This document shows, piece by piece, positions 10,801-23,000 of a stretch of 64,000 nt of DNA. The notes under the pieces were generated by a model, which searched no databases, was not told the DNA's origin, and saw only the letters and a list, made by a program, of their open reading frames with translations. Source of the stretch: an uncultured bacterium (GTDB lineage Bacteria; Bacteroidota; Ignavibacteria; Kapaibacteriales; UBA2268); contig OW818676.1 in the NCBI GenBank assembly GCA_942493235.1, positions 345,584-409,583 of the forward strand, read 5' to 3'. The position numbers and the translations under genes were made by a program. Each line of letters starts with the position of its first letter. Position 1 is the stretch's first letter.

Positions 10801-10900
10801 TATAAGCTTGAGGAACTGCAACTATTGTAAACAACAATATTGCAAGGATTAGCCGATAGCTTCTTTGAAGTAATAGGTTTAAATTCACTTTAACCTCCAA
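7835..10900 (-). CDS. Large T9SS-sorted secreted protein, unknown function
   Basis: Signal peptide. 1021 aa. C-terminal 'VYPNPVTTTSTVNYTV...GTYLVKINANGYNAVRTITVVK' T9SS CTD. Confidence 0.7.
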   Translation of the reverse strand: MEVKVNLNLLLQRSYRLILAILLFTIVAVPQAYSQSYNNPLLSLVGADGDWNEDWYPDGRLTLSPSLEGQPTEILLPIFIRYYSAGEKIYSMSFSVKYDSRMFEPISVQTYNPKLNDPKFPDAAYTIARDFNFTMKTHRDTTFLHYLDITNPTDDNNKNGASVKIVGISSHPLPNTSDDAINSTYQVLCYLRLKVKPVLGVDNSLLGRSTYIMFNQDSIYYNDVRITGNPDLYPGLAGLRMEKTNPLWNTEPIKPGVIIANIGDKMPAFDFTMQSIIGEPLTKNANGSLYELIDPITVDSMDIQNLYDENYGHRYIEIFNSEAGTRLNQIQITSDQPWLEVETSTDQGGQNLFDFDQPSYIPFLDNGILGQIYNPIDRADIIPAKGEVWLHVRCNPKYLIPRDGEMCGTYVGYLTFTSQTAKVNPVRLKVTFIYLRPPYEPELYNVDDNGDQEISHTGIRINIKQTSSDITKTLVFGVAPRATDGPDQLFGEAAYDAPMSTSFDARWYPVTAESQALAPYGFRDVSPDYDRPYYNSRDIRGLSDNFESIKYNCRFTTNSYPLYITWNVKDFPEGAILFLKDAQSSGQLVSVNMREASATGQANELSYTFENATLSEFNIEYTLPKVIKFVNQYGQPIIEKGWNLLSLPVKPTDARPTVVYPDGLSQPYYFYTDGWQASNDPIVPGKAFFMKFTEVLNNNYSGSVINEIGKNYGNYVRVTSGWNAVGSLSYPTSTEGISFEEYVSTADMPDLNFTRAYSVWGYRPNRGFHEVNELTPGLGYFIKVGSYTQSSASVEGYYKLVRTYNKSFLDNSNNAKQNVYNASTMINVRDNAQNESVVYISNNKEVNAEQYEMPPVIGNVFDVRFTNNGNLDNSDNSIIKLNGIDYPVSISMANADADYFFYDAISGELLGSISRNSNQNVEIAGTNANAVKVVKGNFEVNVYPNPVTTTSTVNYTVPAEGNVTIKLYDAIGNEVSTIVNANQKAGSASAELNVSNLTTGTYLVKINANGYNAVRTITVVK

Positions 10901-10918
10901 ATAATTAAAATTAAAAAA

Positions 10919-12085
10919 TCAATTCTTTATAACTAAAATTCTTTTTTCAATGTTATTGTCGTACGTATTATCGCCTTCAAGCAATATACCGTAAACGCCG
11001 TTTTCAAATTCCTCGAAATTTATCTCAATATCATTTGAGTATTGATTATCAATTTCTTTTTTTATTGCACCATAAATATTGTATATTTTTATTCGCTTTA
11101 TATTACTTATATCTTCTATTTTAAGTACATTTTTATTATAATTTAAATAATAATGCTTTGTCTCGTTTACTGAAATAGTTGTGTCCGGATTTTTTACATA
11201 TTTGTATGTAATTGTATCATTATAATATTTACTAAAACAATCACAAAAACCCGGTACTATACTAATTTCAATATTGCTTTCAAGCTTACTGGAATTATTT
11301 ACTTCAAATTGAAATAATGCTCCATCTTGAATTTTATCACCAATTAGCTTAATTTCAATAGAATCACCAATACTTTTAATATTATCTATCAATACATTAT
11401 TGCTAATAGTCTTTATCGAACTCAAATCTATCATCTCTGCATTTGCTTTTATATAACAAATAGGATTATTGAGATAATAATTATTGTTCTTCTCTATACT
11501 TACATTTACTATAGAATCTTCATTACTTTTAATAGTATCTCTATCGAATTTGATATTTAAATATCTCTGTTGATTATCAATTTTATCAATATTGATTTTT
11601 ATTTCTGAAAGCTCAATACTATCTCTAGTAAATTCTTTTGTAAATGCAAGAAAATCTAATGTTATAGTTGTCGAATCAATGCACGAACTTAATATTTTGC
11701 CTTGTATTGCCATTAGAGGCAAATCACCAACTAATGGGACAAGACCGTAAACCATTGCCGAACCTAAAAAGGTTCCGGCATCTCCTGACCCTCCTTGATG
11801 GAAGTTACAGTTTTCAGATAAGGTACTGATAAATAAGGCATCATCAAGATCAATTTTATTTGTATCATATCTTAGCTGAAAATTAAAACCAAATAAAGAG
11901 TCAGTACTAATAACTTTTCCAATTGTCAATGCAATTACGAATTCTTTTTCTACTTCGCTTCCACAATAGTCCGGAATCGAATATATTTTCAGTTCGGTTT
12001 TAGCTATTGATTCAGCTTTTAATATTTGGCAGCTACTAACCGAAGTTAGTAGCAACCAAATTATTATTTTCAAATGTCTTAGCAT
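10919..12085 (-). CDS. Secreted/lipoprotein-like hypothetical protein (possible cohesin-like fold)
   Basis: Signal peptide with 'VSSC' lipobox-like site. Its start overlaps the stop of the upstream gene (ATGA), so the two are probably co-transcribed. Confidence 0.5.
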   Translation of the reverse strand: MLRHLKIIIWLLLTSVSSCQILKAESIAKTELKIYSIPDYCGSEVEKEFVIALTIGKVISTDSLFGFNFQLRYDTNKIDLDDALFISTLSENCNFHQGGSGDAGTFLGSAMVYGLVPLVGDLPLMAIQGKILSSCIDSTTITLDFLAFTKEFTRDSIELSEIKINIDKIDNQQRYLNIKFDRDTIKSNEDSIVNVSIEKNNNYYLNNPICYIKANAEMIDLSSIKTISNNVLIDNIKSIGDSIEIKLIGDKIQDGALFQFEVNNSSKLESNIEISIVPGFCDCFSKYYNDTITYKYVKNPDTTISVNETKHYYLNYNKNVLKIEDISNIKRIKIYNIYGAIKKEIDNQYSNDIEINFEEFENGVYGILLEGDNTYDNNIEKRILVIKN

Positions 12086-13974
12086 TATTTTACTAACATC
12101 ATTTGGTTAGAAATTGTTTTACCATTTCCAACTAATCTATAAATGTACATTCCTGATTCAACAGTAGAGTTATTATTGTCTGTACCGTCCCAAGTAAATG
12201 TATTTATACCTGATTTCATATCTTTGCTGGCAATAGTTTTCACTAAATCACCTTTAGCATCAAATACTGATAAAGTATAAATTGCATTAGCTTCAATATT
12301 AACACTGATAGCAGTATTATTATTGAATGGATTTGGATAGTTAGACATACCATTAACTGTTTCAGTCTCGGTAGCTAATTTCAAAGTAACGTTATCTAAT
12401 GCTTGATCATTAACTCTGATATTTTTGATTTCAATAGCGTCTGAGTTAGCTCTAACAATTATATAACTGATAGTCTCACCTTTAGTAAATTCACCGTTAC
12501 CGGCTAATACTGTTCTGCTATTATTATAGGTAGAACCAATTCTATTATTTGATAAATCAGTAACAGAAATAATTTCACCGTTTACATCAAATTTAGTAGC
12601 TAAAGGACCATTAATATTTGCATTATTAATTATAGCAAAACTATATACATTATCAGAAACTTCTTTAATATCACCAAAAGTGATTTGTTGATTAGCTTCT
12701 ACATCTTTACCATATTGAGGGAATTCCCACCACCAAGGTAATGAAGGAATTCTAGCTGACAAATAGTGCATAATTAAGGCAGCATCGTATTCAGATACTT
12801 CAAACATAATTTGTCTTTCATTACCAATTAAAGCAGCTGGTAAATCTTGATTATATTCTTTACTATTAGTAAGGATATTATATTTAGTACCATTAGTTAA
12901 ATATATAAAGCGTCCGTTATGATTTACATCACCGTGGAAAGCTGCTCTACCTTTAATACTGTCTAATGGAACATTGATAGCAACAGAATACATAATTTCT
13001 CTTGCATCGCCAACAGTTACATATCTGTTTTGTGCAATTTGACCAAAGTGTAGCCCACCGATTACTCTAGACATGTCAGCATCACCGTCGCCCCATTGAG
13101 AGCCGATAGTATATCTGTAGAAAGGAATAAAATGGAATCTTTTGTCTGATCCGCCTGTTGGTTGCCATTCTTCAGAATAAGAGTCTTTAGTAATCTGATC
13201 GTGTTTTGAACTACCTGTAAATAAAGCGTTCATAAAGTCAGCAGGAGCGTGTAATATACCTGATTCGCCTTTTATACCAATGGAAGATCCAAAAGTAATA
13301 ACTTGAGTTTCAGAAGTTTGCTGTCCAACTTTTCTACCACTTGTATTATAAGCAAATTCAATGTCACCTTGTGTAGAATTTACATTAGTTGATTTATAAA
13401 GTATTACTTGGAAAGTTGCTACACTTGAGGTAACTGTTTTATCTAAAATGTTTAAATCTTTCCATTCGATAACTACTTTATCCATTGTTTTTTTAACTAA
13501 TATTTTTGAAGGTGCCCATTGATTAGCACCTACCGGTAGTCCGGTATTGTCGTCTGCTGATCTATAATAGTGATCTCCCCAGAAAGGAGCTACTACATTA
13601 TCAGCAAAAGAGTTTTCAATTGTAAACAACGCTTCAGGTTGATTAGCAATTACGTTAGGTGGATTAATAAAAGTAATGAATCCATTAATACATACATATA
13701 CTTTAGTATAATCTATACCATTGAATTGAAATGTGAAAGGTAATGTTACTTCACAATAACCATCATCTCTATTAGGAATTTTTGTAGGCGGAATCCAGAA
13801 CTCACCAACATTTAATGTCGTAATGTCTGCACCACCTTCTACTAATGTCTCATAAGGGACATCTTGTCTCAGCTCCAGATCAAAGTCCGCATAGACTTGA
13901 GCTTTTGCTTGCTGTGAAGCAGATACACCGAGCATCATCATAGCTCCGACAGCAAAAGATAGTAGTTTCTTCAT
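12085..13974 (-). CDS. T9SS-sorted secreted protein, unknown function
   Basis: ATG at 13974 preceded by GGAG. Signal peptide MKKLLSFAVGAMMMLGVSASQQAKAQ. C-terminal T9SS CTD ('NYPNPFNNNTAISVNIE...MYIYRLVGNGKTISNQMMLVK'). Confidence 0.7.
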   Translation of the reverse strand: MKKLLSFAVGAMMMLGVSASQQAKAQVYADFDLELRQDVPYETLVEGGADITTLNVGEFWIPPTKIPNRDDGYCEVTLPFTFQFNGIDYTKVYVCINGFITFINPPNVIANQPEALFTIENSFADNVVAPFWGDHYYRSADDNTGLPVGANQWAPSKILVKKTMDKVVIEWKDLNILDKTVTSSVATFQVILYKSTNVNSTQGDIEFAYNTSGRKVGQQTSETQVITFGSSIGIKGESGILHAPADFMNALFTGSSKHDQITKDSYSEEWQPTGGSDKRFHFIPFYRYTIGSQWGDGDADMSRVIGGLHFGQIAQNRYVTVGDAREIMYSVAINVPLDSIKGRAAFHGDVNHNGRFIYLTNGTKYNILTNSKEYNQDLPAALIGNERQIMFEVSEYDAALIMHYLSARIPSLPWWWEFPQYGKDVEANQQITFGDIKEVSDNVYSFAIINNANINGPLATKFDVNGEIISVTDLSNNRIGSTYNNSRTVLAGNGEFTKGETISYIIVRANSDAIEIKNIRVNDQALDNVTLKLATETETVNGMSNYPNPFNNNTAISVNIEANAIYTLSVFDAKGDLVKTIASKDMKSGINTFTWDGTDNNNSTVESGMYIYRLVGNGKTISNQMMLVK

Positions 13975-14016
13975 TATTTTCTCCGTTATATTTTTAATCA
14001 TTTTCGTTTTTAATCA

Positions 14017-14039
14017 CCTCCGCCTTTTATAGGCGGAGG
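14017..14039 (-). terminator. GC-rich hairpin (cctccgcc-N7-ggcggagg) just 3' of giant gene
   Basis: Seen in sequence. No clear U-tract. Confidence 0.3.
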
Positions 14040-14054
14040 GGTATTATTTAATTA

Positions 14055-17000
14055 TTATCTAACTATCTTAACTTGATATGTTGATGTAACTGTTCCTGAT
14101 ATCATTCTAACTGTGTATGTACCACTTGCTAATTGTCTTCCTGTGAAGTCTAAACCGTCCCATTGGATTGAGTGGTAGCCTGCACTAAAGAAGTCATTTG
14201 CTAATGTATTTACTGAGTTACCAATTGCGTCATAAATTTCGATTGTTACATTTGCATACTCTTTAACACCAAAGTTAATAGTAGTGCTTGTTTCAATCGG
14301 ATTAGGTACTGCTGATTGGATACCTTCAGTTATGTTATCTGAATGTTTGACATCAAGTGAACCAATACAATCGTAAACAATATTAATTCCGTTTGCTGTG
14401 TTTTCATTCAATTGAATAGTAACAATGTCTTCACTCGGACTGCTAATTAAATTACATGCTGCATTGTATCTACCTTCGCCTCTTTTCATATCAATATAGA
14501 ATACATCGCCTTGTGAAGGAGCGTCGGTAATATACCATACAGAGCCTGCCGGATTAATAGTAAGATCATTTCTTGATGGTATCTCTGATTTTCTCCAGCT
14601 GATATAGATAGGGAAATGGTCAGATGCACCGGCTGATTCGCCACCGGATTGGAATGTAGCTCTGAACGCACCTAATGATGCTGAAGCTCCGCCTAAACAT
14701 CTCGGATGAATATTTCTTGACAAACCTTTTCTTAATGGTATTACCCAACGAGCATCAAATATATCTAAGTATGGTACAGGTGGTAGCTCATATTCGCAAT
14801 AGATTGAATCTAAGTTTCCTTCGCCTGTTATTTCACCATTAATTAAAATGCCTTCGCCTGTAGTTACTGGTTTATCTGTAGTATTAAATGCAGTACCCCA
14901 TTTCAATTCGTCAAATTGACCTAGCGCGTTAGCAATTGTAACAACACTAATAAAGTCAGGTTTTTCAGAATATCTGTATGATATTGTTAATGTATCTGTA
15001 TGACCATCTTTGTCTCTTGCTTCAATTACTACTGTGAAGAAACCAGGAGTAGTACTGTTTACTGTATTTAGTGCACCGTCATAATATAAGAAGAAAGGTA
15101 CTTTCTCTAACCAAATAGTATCATTTGATTGAGGGTCTATAGTCCAAGTACTATCTTTAGTTACTTTTGAAGGTCTGATTTTCCAATTCGGATCTAAAGG
15201 AGAAATAACTTTAATAGTTACTTCTTCGCCAAAGTTTGGTCTCTTTAAATCTTGATCAAATACATATAATGTATCAACAAATGTAGTTGTACCTAAGTCA
15301 ATACATAATGGCTTAGTTTCATCTGTAATGATTGGTTTGTGTAGTACTGTATCAACAATCATTTTAAATGTTCTAACTGCTGATAGCATGTCTTGATTTT
15401 TTGTAGTTAAGATTACAGGAACAGCAATTAATGAATCTTTAGGATCACCAACTCTGTCAGTGGTTGTAAATGATGCTACTACGCCGTCTGTACCAACGAA
15501 TAAACCGCTGTTACTGGTTAGCATTAATACATCATTTAGTCCGATAGAATCTAAATTGTCTTTTCCGTAATTCCATTTAGTAACAATGTTTGAAGCTGGT
15601 GCATCTTTAACATTCCAAGTAGCACCCGCATCTTTAGTAAACGCGAATTGACCTTTATTTGCCGATATAAATACGTTGTTAGCTTTATCGCTTGCTGTAA
15701 AGTTAACATTATCATTGATATCAAAATATCCGATACCATTGATTGAATTCATACCTATTGATTTTGAAGTCCAAGAAGCTCCGCCGTCATCTGTATTCAA
15801 TACATTTGAATTTGTAACAGCAAAACCTTTTAGATTATTAATAAAATAAGCATCAAGTATATCGCTTGTTACACTTGTTGTAACATTGCTAAATGTAGTT
15901 CCGGAGTTTGTAGTTCTAATTCCTCTACCGCCTGCACCTAATATAACAAAATTAGATGCACTTAGCATTTTTACTTTATTATAAGTAGTTGTAAAATCTG
16001 TTTTCTTTTCAGTCCAAGTATTACCACCGTCAATGGTTGTAAATACTTTACCTTGTTCACCAACTACAACGCCATTATCAGCATCAAAGAAATCTACTGA
16101 TTTTAAATTAAATGTTCTGTATGTTGTGTTTTTAATATTCCAAGTAGAACCGCCGTCGTTTGTTTTAAGAATTAAGCCATTACTACCGACGATATAACCT
16201 GTATTATCAACAAATGATATATCAAATAAGTTAAATGCTTCAATACCGGAAACTTTAATAAATGACCAGTCTTTATTGCTTTTATTAACTCTAATGATTG
16301 TACCGTTTTGTCCGATTGCAAATACGTTAGTTGCTGTAGCTTCTAATGTATTAATTTTTTGTTTTGGTATTTCTTGTTCAATTAAGTCCCAAACTAATAC
16401 TGTAACTTCTTGTTCTTGGTTAGGAATTATATTATCTGAAACTGAAGGAGTACCATATAATATACCTGAATTTGGATTAATCTTTAACCAAGAAGGAGTT
16501 GTTTTTTTATCAGAAATATTCCAATAGCCGGCTTCTGAGAAGCATGGGTCTTTAGGAATTTTATTTCTTGTATCATTTGGATAAATCAATTCGAATCTAT
16601 GATTTTGGTCATAGTTAGGGTCGTAAATATTGATTTTCTTAGTTGGATCATTAAGACCTGGATTATACTCTTCGCCTTCTTTTGCGTCTGGTAATCTGTC
16701 GCCAGCTGTTGTATTTTTAATTGTAGGAGCAACGTTCACATAAACGTCAACCGGCATCATAGTCATTCCGCCGTGTCCGTCATTAGCAACAACAGTAAAT
16801 ACTGTATCAAGGTTCATTGCATTGTTAATATCTTCTCTTACACCTAAGATATCTCTGGCAGTTGCACCATCTAATCTAATATTTAATTGACCATTACTTG
16901 TAAAGTCAGCTGCGAATTGGTCTTTATTTGTTTCATCGTTGAATTTATAGATATTATCATTAGCCATCCAGATAGGTCTGGTTTGGATAACTTCATCAGT

Positions 17001-20000
17001 AATTACTGATTCATCAGGATTGTCTCTTCTTGCGATATTATAAAATCCGTAAGAAGTTTTTCCGAATTTGAAGTCCCATGCATCAATTGTTTTTGCCCAA
17101 TAATCTTCTGCTTCATCATCTGTGTTAAAGTCTGCTTGTAATCTTAATTTATCTGTTAAAGATGCAATTAATTTATTGTCTTTAGTTTCAGCACAGAAAC
17201 CATTTCTATATACTGAAGGTAAGTACATTACTCTAACTGAATTTGAATCTTGATACATTTCAGGCATATTCTTTACAGGATTATAATTTACATCTTTATA
17301 GAATACTTCAGGATCTGAGTTATAACTTAAGAATCTTGGAGTACTATCGATTGTAAATATTTTGAATGTATATTCTCTGTAATATGTGCTGGCATAATTA
17401 ATAGTATCTTGTTGTAAATATCTGGCTATTGTAGCCAATTCATCTACATCATAATTAGGTGCGTGCATATACGGAGGGAAGATATAGATAAATTTATCTA
17501 ATGTATCTTGTCCGTAGAGGTTTTTCAAAGCATTAATAGTAACTACGTGTGGAGGGAAATTTTCAACTTTTACAGTTGCATTTTCACCACTTGGTACTAC
17601 ATAAGGATTCATTGGAGTTCCTCTTAATACCATATAACCATTAGCACTATCTTTTTCATTTTCGTTGCCTGGTTGACCAGCTGGTATAATTGTATATCTT
17701 AACCATCTTGAAAGTGCAGTTTCACCATTTAAGTATAATGAATATTTTAATTTTGCATAATAGTCAGCAGTTGCAACATCTAATGCTCTTGGGTCATACA
17801 TATTATTATTGTCAATAGCAGTAATAGTAAGAATGCTGTCTCTACCGGCTGCATAACCTAATGAGCTATAAGTACCGTCGTTAACTGGATAAGTTCTGTC
17901 TTCGGTAACAAGTACTTTATTTCTCCATTGTTCATTTGCAAGGTTTTGTAGTTTAACTACATCGCCGGTGAAATCAGGAGGCATAATAGATCTTGTAACT
18001 TTGAAAGAAATACCTTCGTCAAACGCTTTTACTACTCCGTATTTCCATAACATAGTTCTAGAAATAATTCTAACTACGTCGCCGGTGTCAACAGGTAGTG
18101 CCTGATATTTTTCACCGCCGAAATATGTAGCAGTATTTTCGTTTGATGGAGCCCAATTGTCTTTATTAATATATAGGTCGGTAATACCCGGAGTTGTCTG
18201 ACCGGTCATATATCTTCCGCCCATTTCTTCTTTATGACCATAATATTTTCTGCCTTGTAAAGAAGCACTATCTTCTTTAGAAGGATTTGATTTTAAGGCA
18301 TATAATAGTACATCACCAATACCAAGATTTAATAATTTTTCAGCACTACGACGAATAGTAGTCTGAGAATTTCTCTTAGTCATATCAGGAATTAATTCAA
18401 CTCTTGATCTGAAAGTTTCCCAGTTAATACCATCTTCAGCAACTTGTTTCATATTTGTTCTGATAAAGTCACCGGTAGTTTCGTTAATAACGAAAAATAC
18501 TGATTCATTTAGTAATCTTGTATCGTGGTTGCTTTGTTCAATATCGCCATCATAATTTACTTTAGCTTCTAAGAATAAAGGATAACCTACTGGATGATAG
18601 AATTCACCATTTTTGTTAGGTCTCCATTCGCCTTGTAAAGCTGCAATCATTGGATATTTAATAGTGCCGTCTGCATTTGTTGCTTCAACTACTGCAGGGT
18701 CTCTTAACCAACGAGTTAAATATGTTTGATTATTTGGATGTAAGTCGTCTTGATGTACTCTTAATCTTACAGGTATGCCAACTGCAAAGTCCTCAATCGG
18801 GCTTAGTCTTCTGTTAGCATAATCAGCTACTTTAATGTCTGTACCTTTATCAAATAAGTCATATACTCTACCTGAGAATAAATATTTTTCAGGAATTGAA
18901 TTAGACCCAACTTGATTTTCTGATGTACCATTGCGTAAAGGAACCGGTATATAAGAGAATTTTGTAATTGATTCACCGATTATACCAAAACGAGTAAATG
19001 TACCATTTACTTCAAATGGACCTTGTTTTAATGTATCAAGGTCAGTGGCATTAAATCTGTATGTTAAATAATTTTGGTCGCATTTATCTACAAAGAAAGT
19101 AGGCATATTTTCAAATGTTCTACCTGGATAATTTAAGTCTTTTAAGTTATCAATATACATTGTAACATCGGCTTCTGATTTACCCCAATAGTTGCCTCTC
19201 AATGTATCTATACCGCCAAGACCAACATTTGAACCAGCTAAAGCACCTTTAGTATTAGGAGCATCAGGTAATCTGATTAAGAATCTGGAATTGTTGCCAT
19301 AGAATGAGTTGCCTGCCCATGAAGTAGATTCATAAGGTAATGGACCAACGATTTCACCATAAAGAGCAGCACCGGCTAAATCAGAAGATGCGTAATTGCC
19401 TTCAATTACATTATCTTTGTTTAAGTCAAGAGCTGGTCCGGAAATTGCATTTTGGTTCATTCCGATATTAGATTTTGCTTCGTTACCATATACTAAAGAG
19501 CGAGAGAATACTAATTTTAAGTCGAAATTATCAGAGTAAACTGCTGAGCCTGTAAAAGCTGAGTTGTTTTCAATTCTAACGCGGTTAAATTTAATATAGT
19601 CATCTTTTAAAGCACTTCTTGTAGAAACGCTATCTAAAATATATATAGCACCACCAAGACCAATACCGTTTTCACGCATATTTACGCCAGGGTGATATCT
19701 TTTAACGTCAACTGTTGCAATATTAATTGGTAATACTGCTGACCAGTCAGCGCCAGTGTTTGTAGTTCTAACCATTAAACCGTTATCACCACCGATAACA
19801 GCTGTAGCTGGAGTAGCAAAGAATATTTCATTAAATGTGTTATATACTTTGTTATTGTTTAATTTAACGTCAGTGTTATTCCAAGTAGTACCTGCGTCGT
19901 TTGTAACTAACATAGTACCAAATGTACCTACAGCATAACCGTTATTTAAACCGGTAAATGTAATAGATTTGAAATTCTTTGTTCCATCTGCATAAACATT

Positions 20001-23000
20001 GTTCCAAGCAGCACCACCGTTAACAGTTTTGAATATAACGCCTTCACCGGCGATAAATCCATTTGTGTTATCAGTGAAATAGATTGAATTGAAATTAGCA
20101 CGTGTATTTGCACTTAAAACTTCCCAATTTAAACCACCATCGATAGTTGAAAGGATTGTTCCTCCGTTACCAACTGCATAGCCGGTATTAACACCAATGA
20201 ATTTAACTGCGTTTAAATTGTTAACAGTACGGCTTGTAATTTCTGTCCAAGTAGCACCGCTATTGTTTGTTTTAATCATTTTACCAAACTGACCGACAGC
20301 ATAACCGTCTAATGAGTTGATAAATGTAATTGCATGAAGGTTGTAATTACTAGTAGCAGGTCTAACCTCTGTCCAGTTATTACCAGCGTCAACTGTTTTC
20401 AATACTAAACCTCTATCGCCTACGATATAGCCGATTAGATTAGTAGTAAAATGAATACCTTTTAGATTATGAGGAGTAGTTAAGTTTCTATATTCCCATA
20501 CAGCACCGGCATTAGACAATTTAATAATTGTACCTTGAGTACCGACTGCAATACCGTTTAGTGCATCTACAAATTCAACAGCATTAATTGTAGCGTTTGT
20601 TACAACTGTTCCTGAAGTAATTTGAGTGATACCAGTACCATTTTGAGATTCTAACATGTCATCATCATATTCAGCAACGTTATCTAAGAATCTAGTTAAC
20701 ATTCTTGCATCTGCGGCATAAGCAGCAGTTTCATGATTATGAATGAAAGGATCATTGTATGAAGTATAATCTTGAGCAACGCCATTAGCATCATAAGAGA
20801 TTACATCTAAGTCAGAGACAAAGAATCTTCTTGTAAAAGATACAGGGTGAACCATTGCAAGTGCACCACCGTTACCGTTTTTAAGGCTGTTTGAGTTAAA
20901 CTCTACGCCTTTAACAACGTTCATATCTGCATTACATGAATAAACTGCTCCACCACCTCTAACTTGTGCTCTATTTAAACTTTCAGTTATATTATAACCT
21001 ACTTTGTTTTCTCTAAATAAAACGCGAGCGAAGTGAATAGCTCTTTTAGCTGCAGGTAAAGCAGGCTCAACGAATGGTAAGTCAATAGTAACTGCACCAC
21101 CGCTGTATCCAGCTTCGTTTCTGTCAAATATTACTCTGAAATCATCTGAATAACCGATTAGGTCGTTTGATGCTACATCAACGCCACCGGCTCCATTGAT
21201 TCTCATATTTCTTCTTGTATAAATAGCTCCACCTTCGGCAGTAGCTACGTTATCTTCAAATTTTATATTATAACCATAATCACGTGTTTTTGGGAATCTG
21301 TCTGATCCGCCAATAATTGGTGACATAGTTGCATCATCGTTACCATTTACATAAATTGCTCCACCATTACCTGCTTTGTTTTTAGAGAATAATGTAGGAT
21401 ATACAATTAATGTTTTTACTGGATATGAACGAACTTGCAAACGAGCTAAAGTATTTTCTTGATAGATAGCTCCACCTTTTGCATATTTGCCGGTATTAGC
21501 AGCAACTACAGGCTCGCCCATAAACGGAGATACTGCTTCGTTTGAATTAAATTTACCTGCTACTAATAATGATGTATTAGCACCTAAGTAAATTGCTCCG
21601 CCCATAGCACCTTCAGAACCTAAGTTCATCTGGTAGTTTTTAGCAAAATTACTGTTGAATTCAACTGTGTCAAATTCTGCTAAAGTAAGTACACCGCTTG
21701 TAGTTTTAATTTTTGTATTTACACCTAAAGCGATTTCCATTTGGTTACCTACTGTGGTACGACCGGCTATAAATAAAGCGCCGCCCTTAGCAAAGTTACC
21801 ATAATTTTGTGGATATACGCAGAAAGTACTGTCGTCATCAACTATAACAGGAATAGAACCAAAATATTTAATTTTAACATTTGATAACAACGCTTGGTTG
21901 TAATCAAATTTCAAATTTCTCATTCTGCCAAGTAAAACTGATAAACGAGCGTCATCGTAAGCTTGTCTTTCATAATCTGTTAAATATTCAGGAGTAGCTG
22001 AAGATTCATCAAGGTTATCAATTCTCTTTATATTAGTGTTGTAGTTCGAAGGGTCGCCATTGATTTCTGTTATGTTCGGGTTTTTGTCAGCAGGATATAC
22101 TGGCAAACCGGCATAAGAAGCACTAGTTGGGAAGCCTTCTGGAGTTTGTAATATCTGTAATGCACCACCGGCGTTACGAGCCATGTTGTGACTGAAATTA
22201 CAGTTTACTAACCAAGTTCTTGATGAAAAAGTAGAAATAGCACCGCCGGCACCATTTAGCATTTTAATCATCTTTGAATTCATTGCTGTTGCGTAAGGAG
22301 CATTGGCATAATAACCATTGTTATCAACTGTAGTATCTTTTCTCATGTTTTCGAAATTACAGCCTCTAAAGAAAGCAGCTCTTGCTCCGGGTAATATAAT
22401 AATATGACCTTTTTCTCTAGTGAAGTTGTTAGTAACCTGACCTATGAAATTGATAGGATTTGATATAATAGAAATATCTGCAGAAGTGTTTGGTCTTCTG
22501 AAAGGAAGGTTATTTCTAATATCATTTACAGGATCTGTAACGTCTTGTAAACCAGCTAAACGATAAACAATTGCTTTTTCAAAAGGAATTATTACTTCGT
22601 CAGCACCTAATGTGAAACTTCTGCCACCATTATTAATCGAGAAATCTCTCAATCCTCTGGTAGTTTTGTTTAGCACAACGTTATAAACATGATTTCTTTT
22701 ATCAGCATGAATTGTTGGCTCATTTGCAGTAGCCGGAACAATTGTGTTGCCGTATAAGAAATAGTTTAAATCAGCATAACCTGTCCAACCTTTGTTGTTG
22801 TTGCCCGGCATTGGATCAATACCGTCCGGTTTAGCTGTGTAAGAAGCATTTGCATAAGCATCTGCAATAAGTCTTCCACCTGTGGAATCAATTATTCTTC
22901 CATTAGGGGCAAATTTTAATGTGGTACCCGGTTCAATAATAAGAGTACCTGCGACTACAAGTTGATATTCAACTTTGTAGATCGTGTCTTTCGAGAAGAT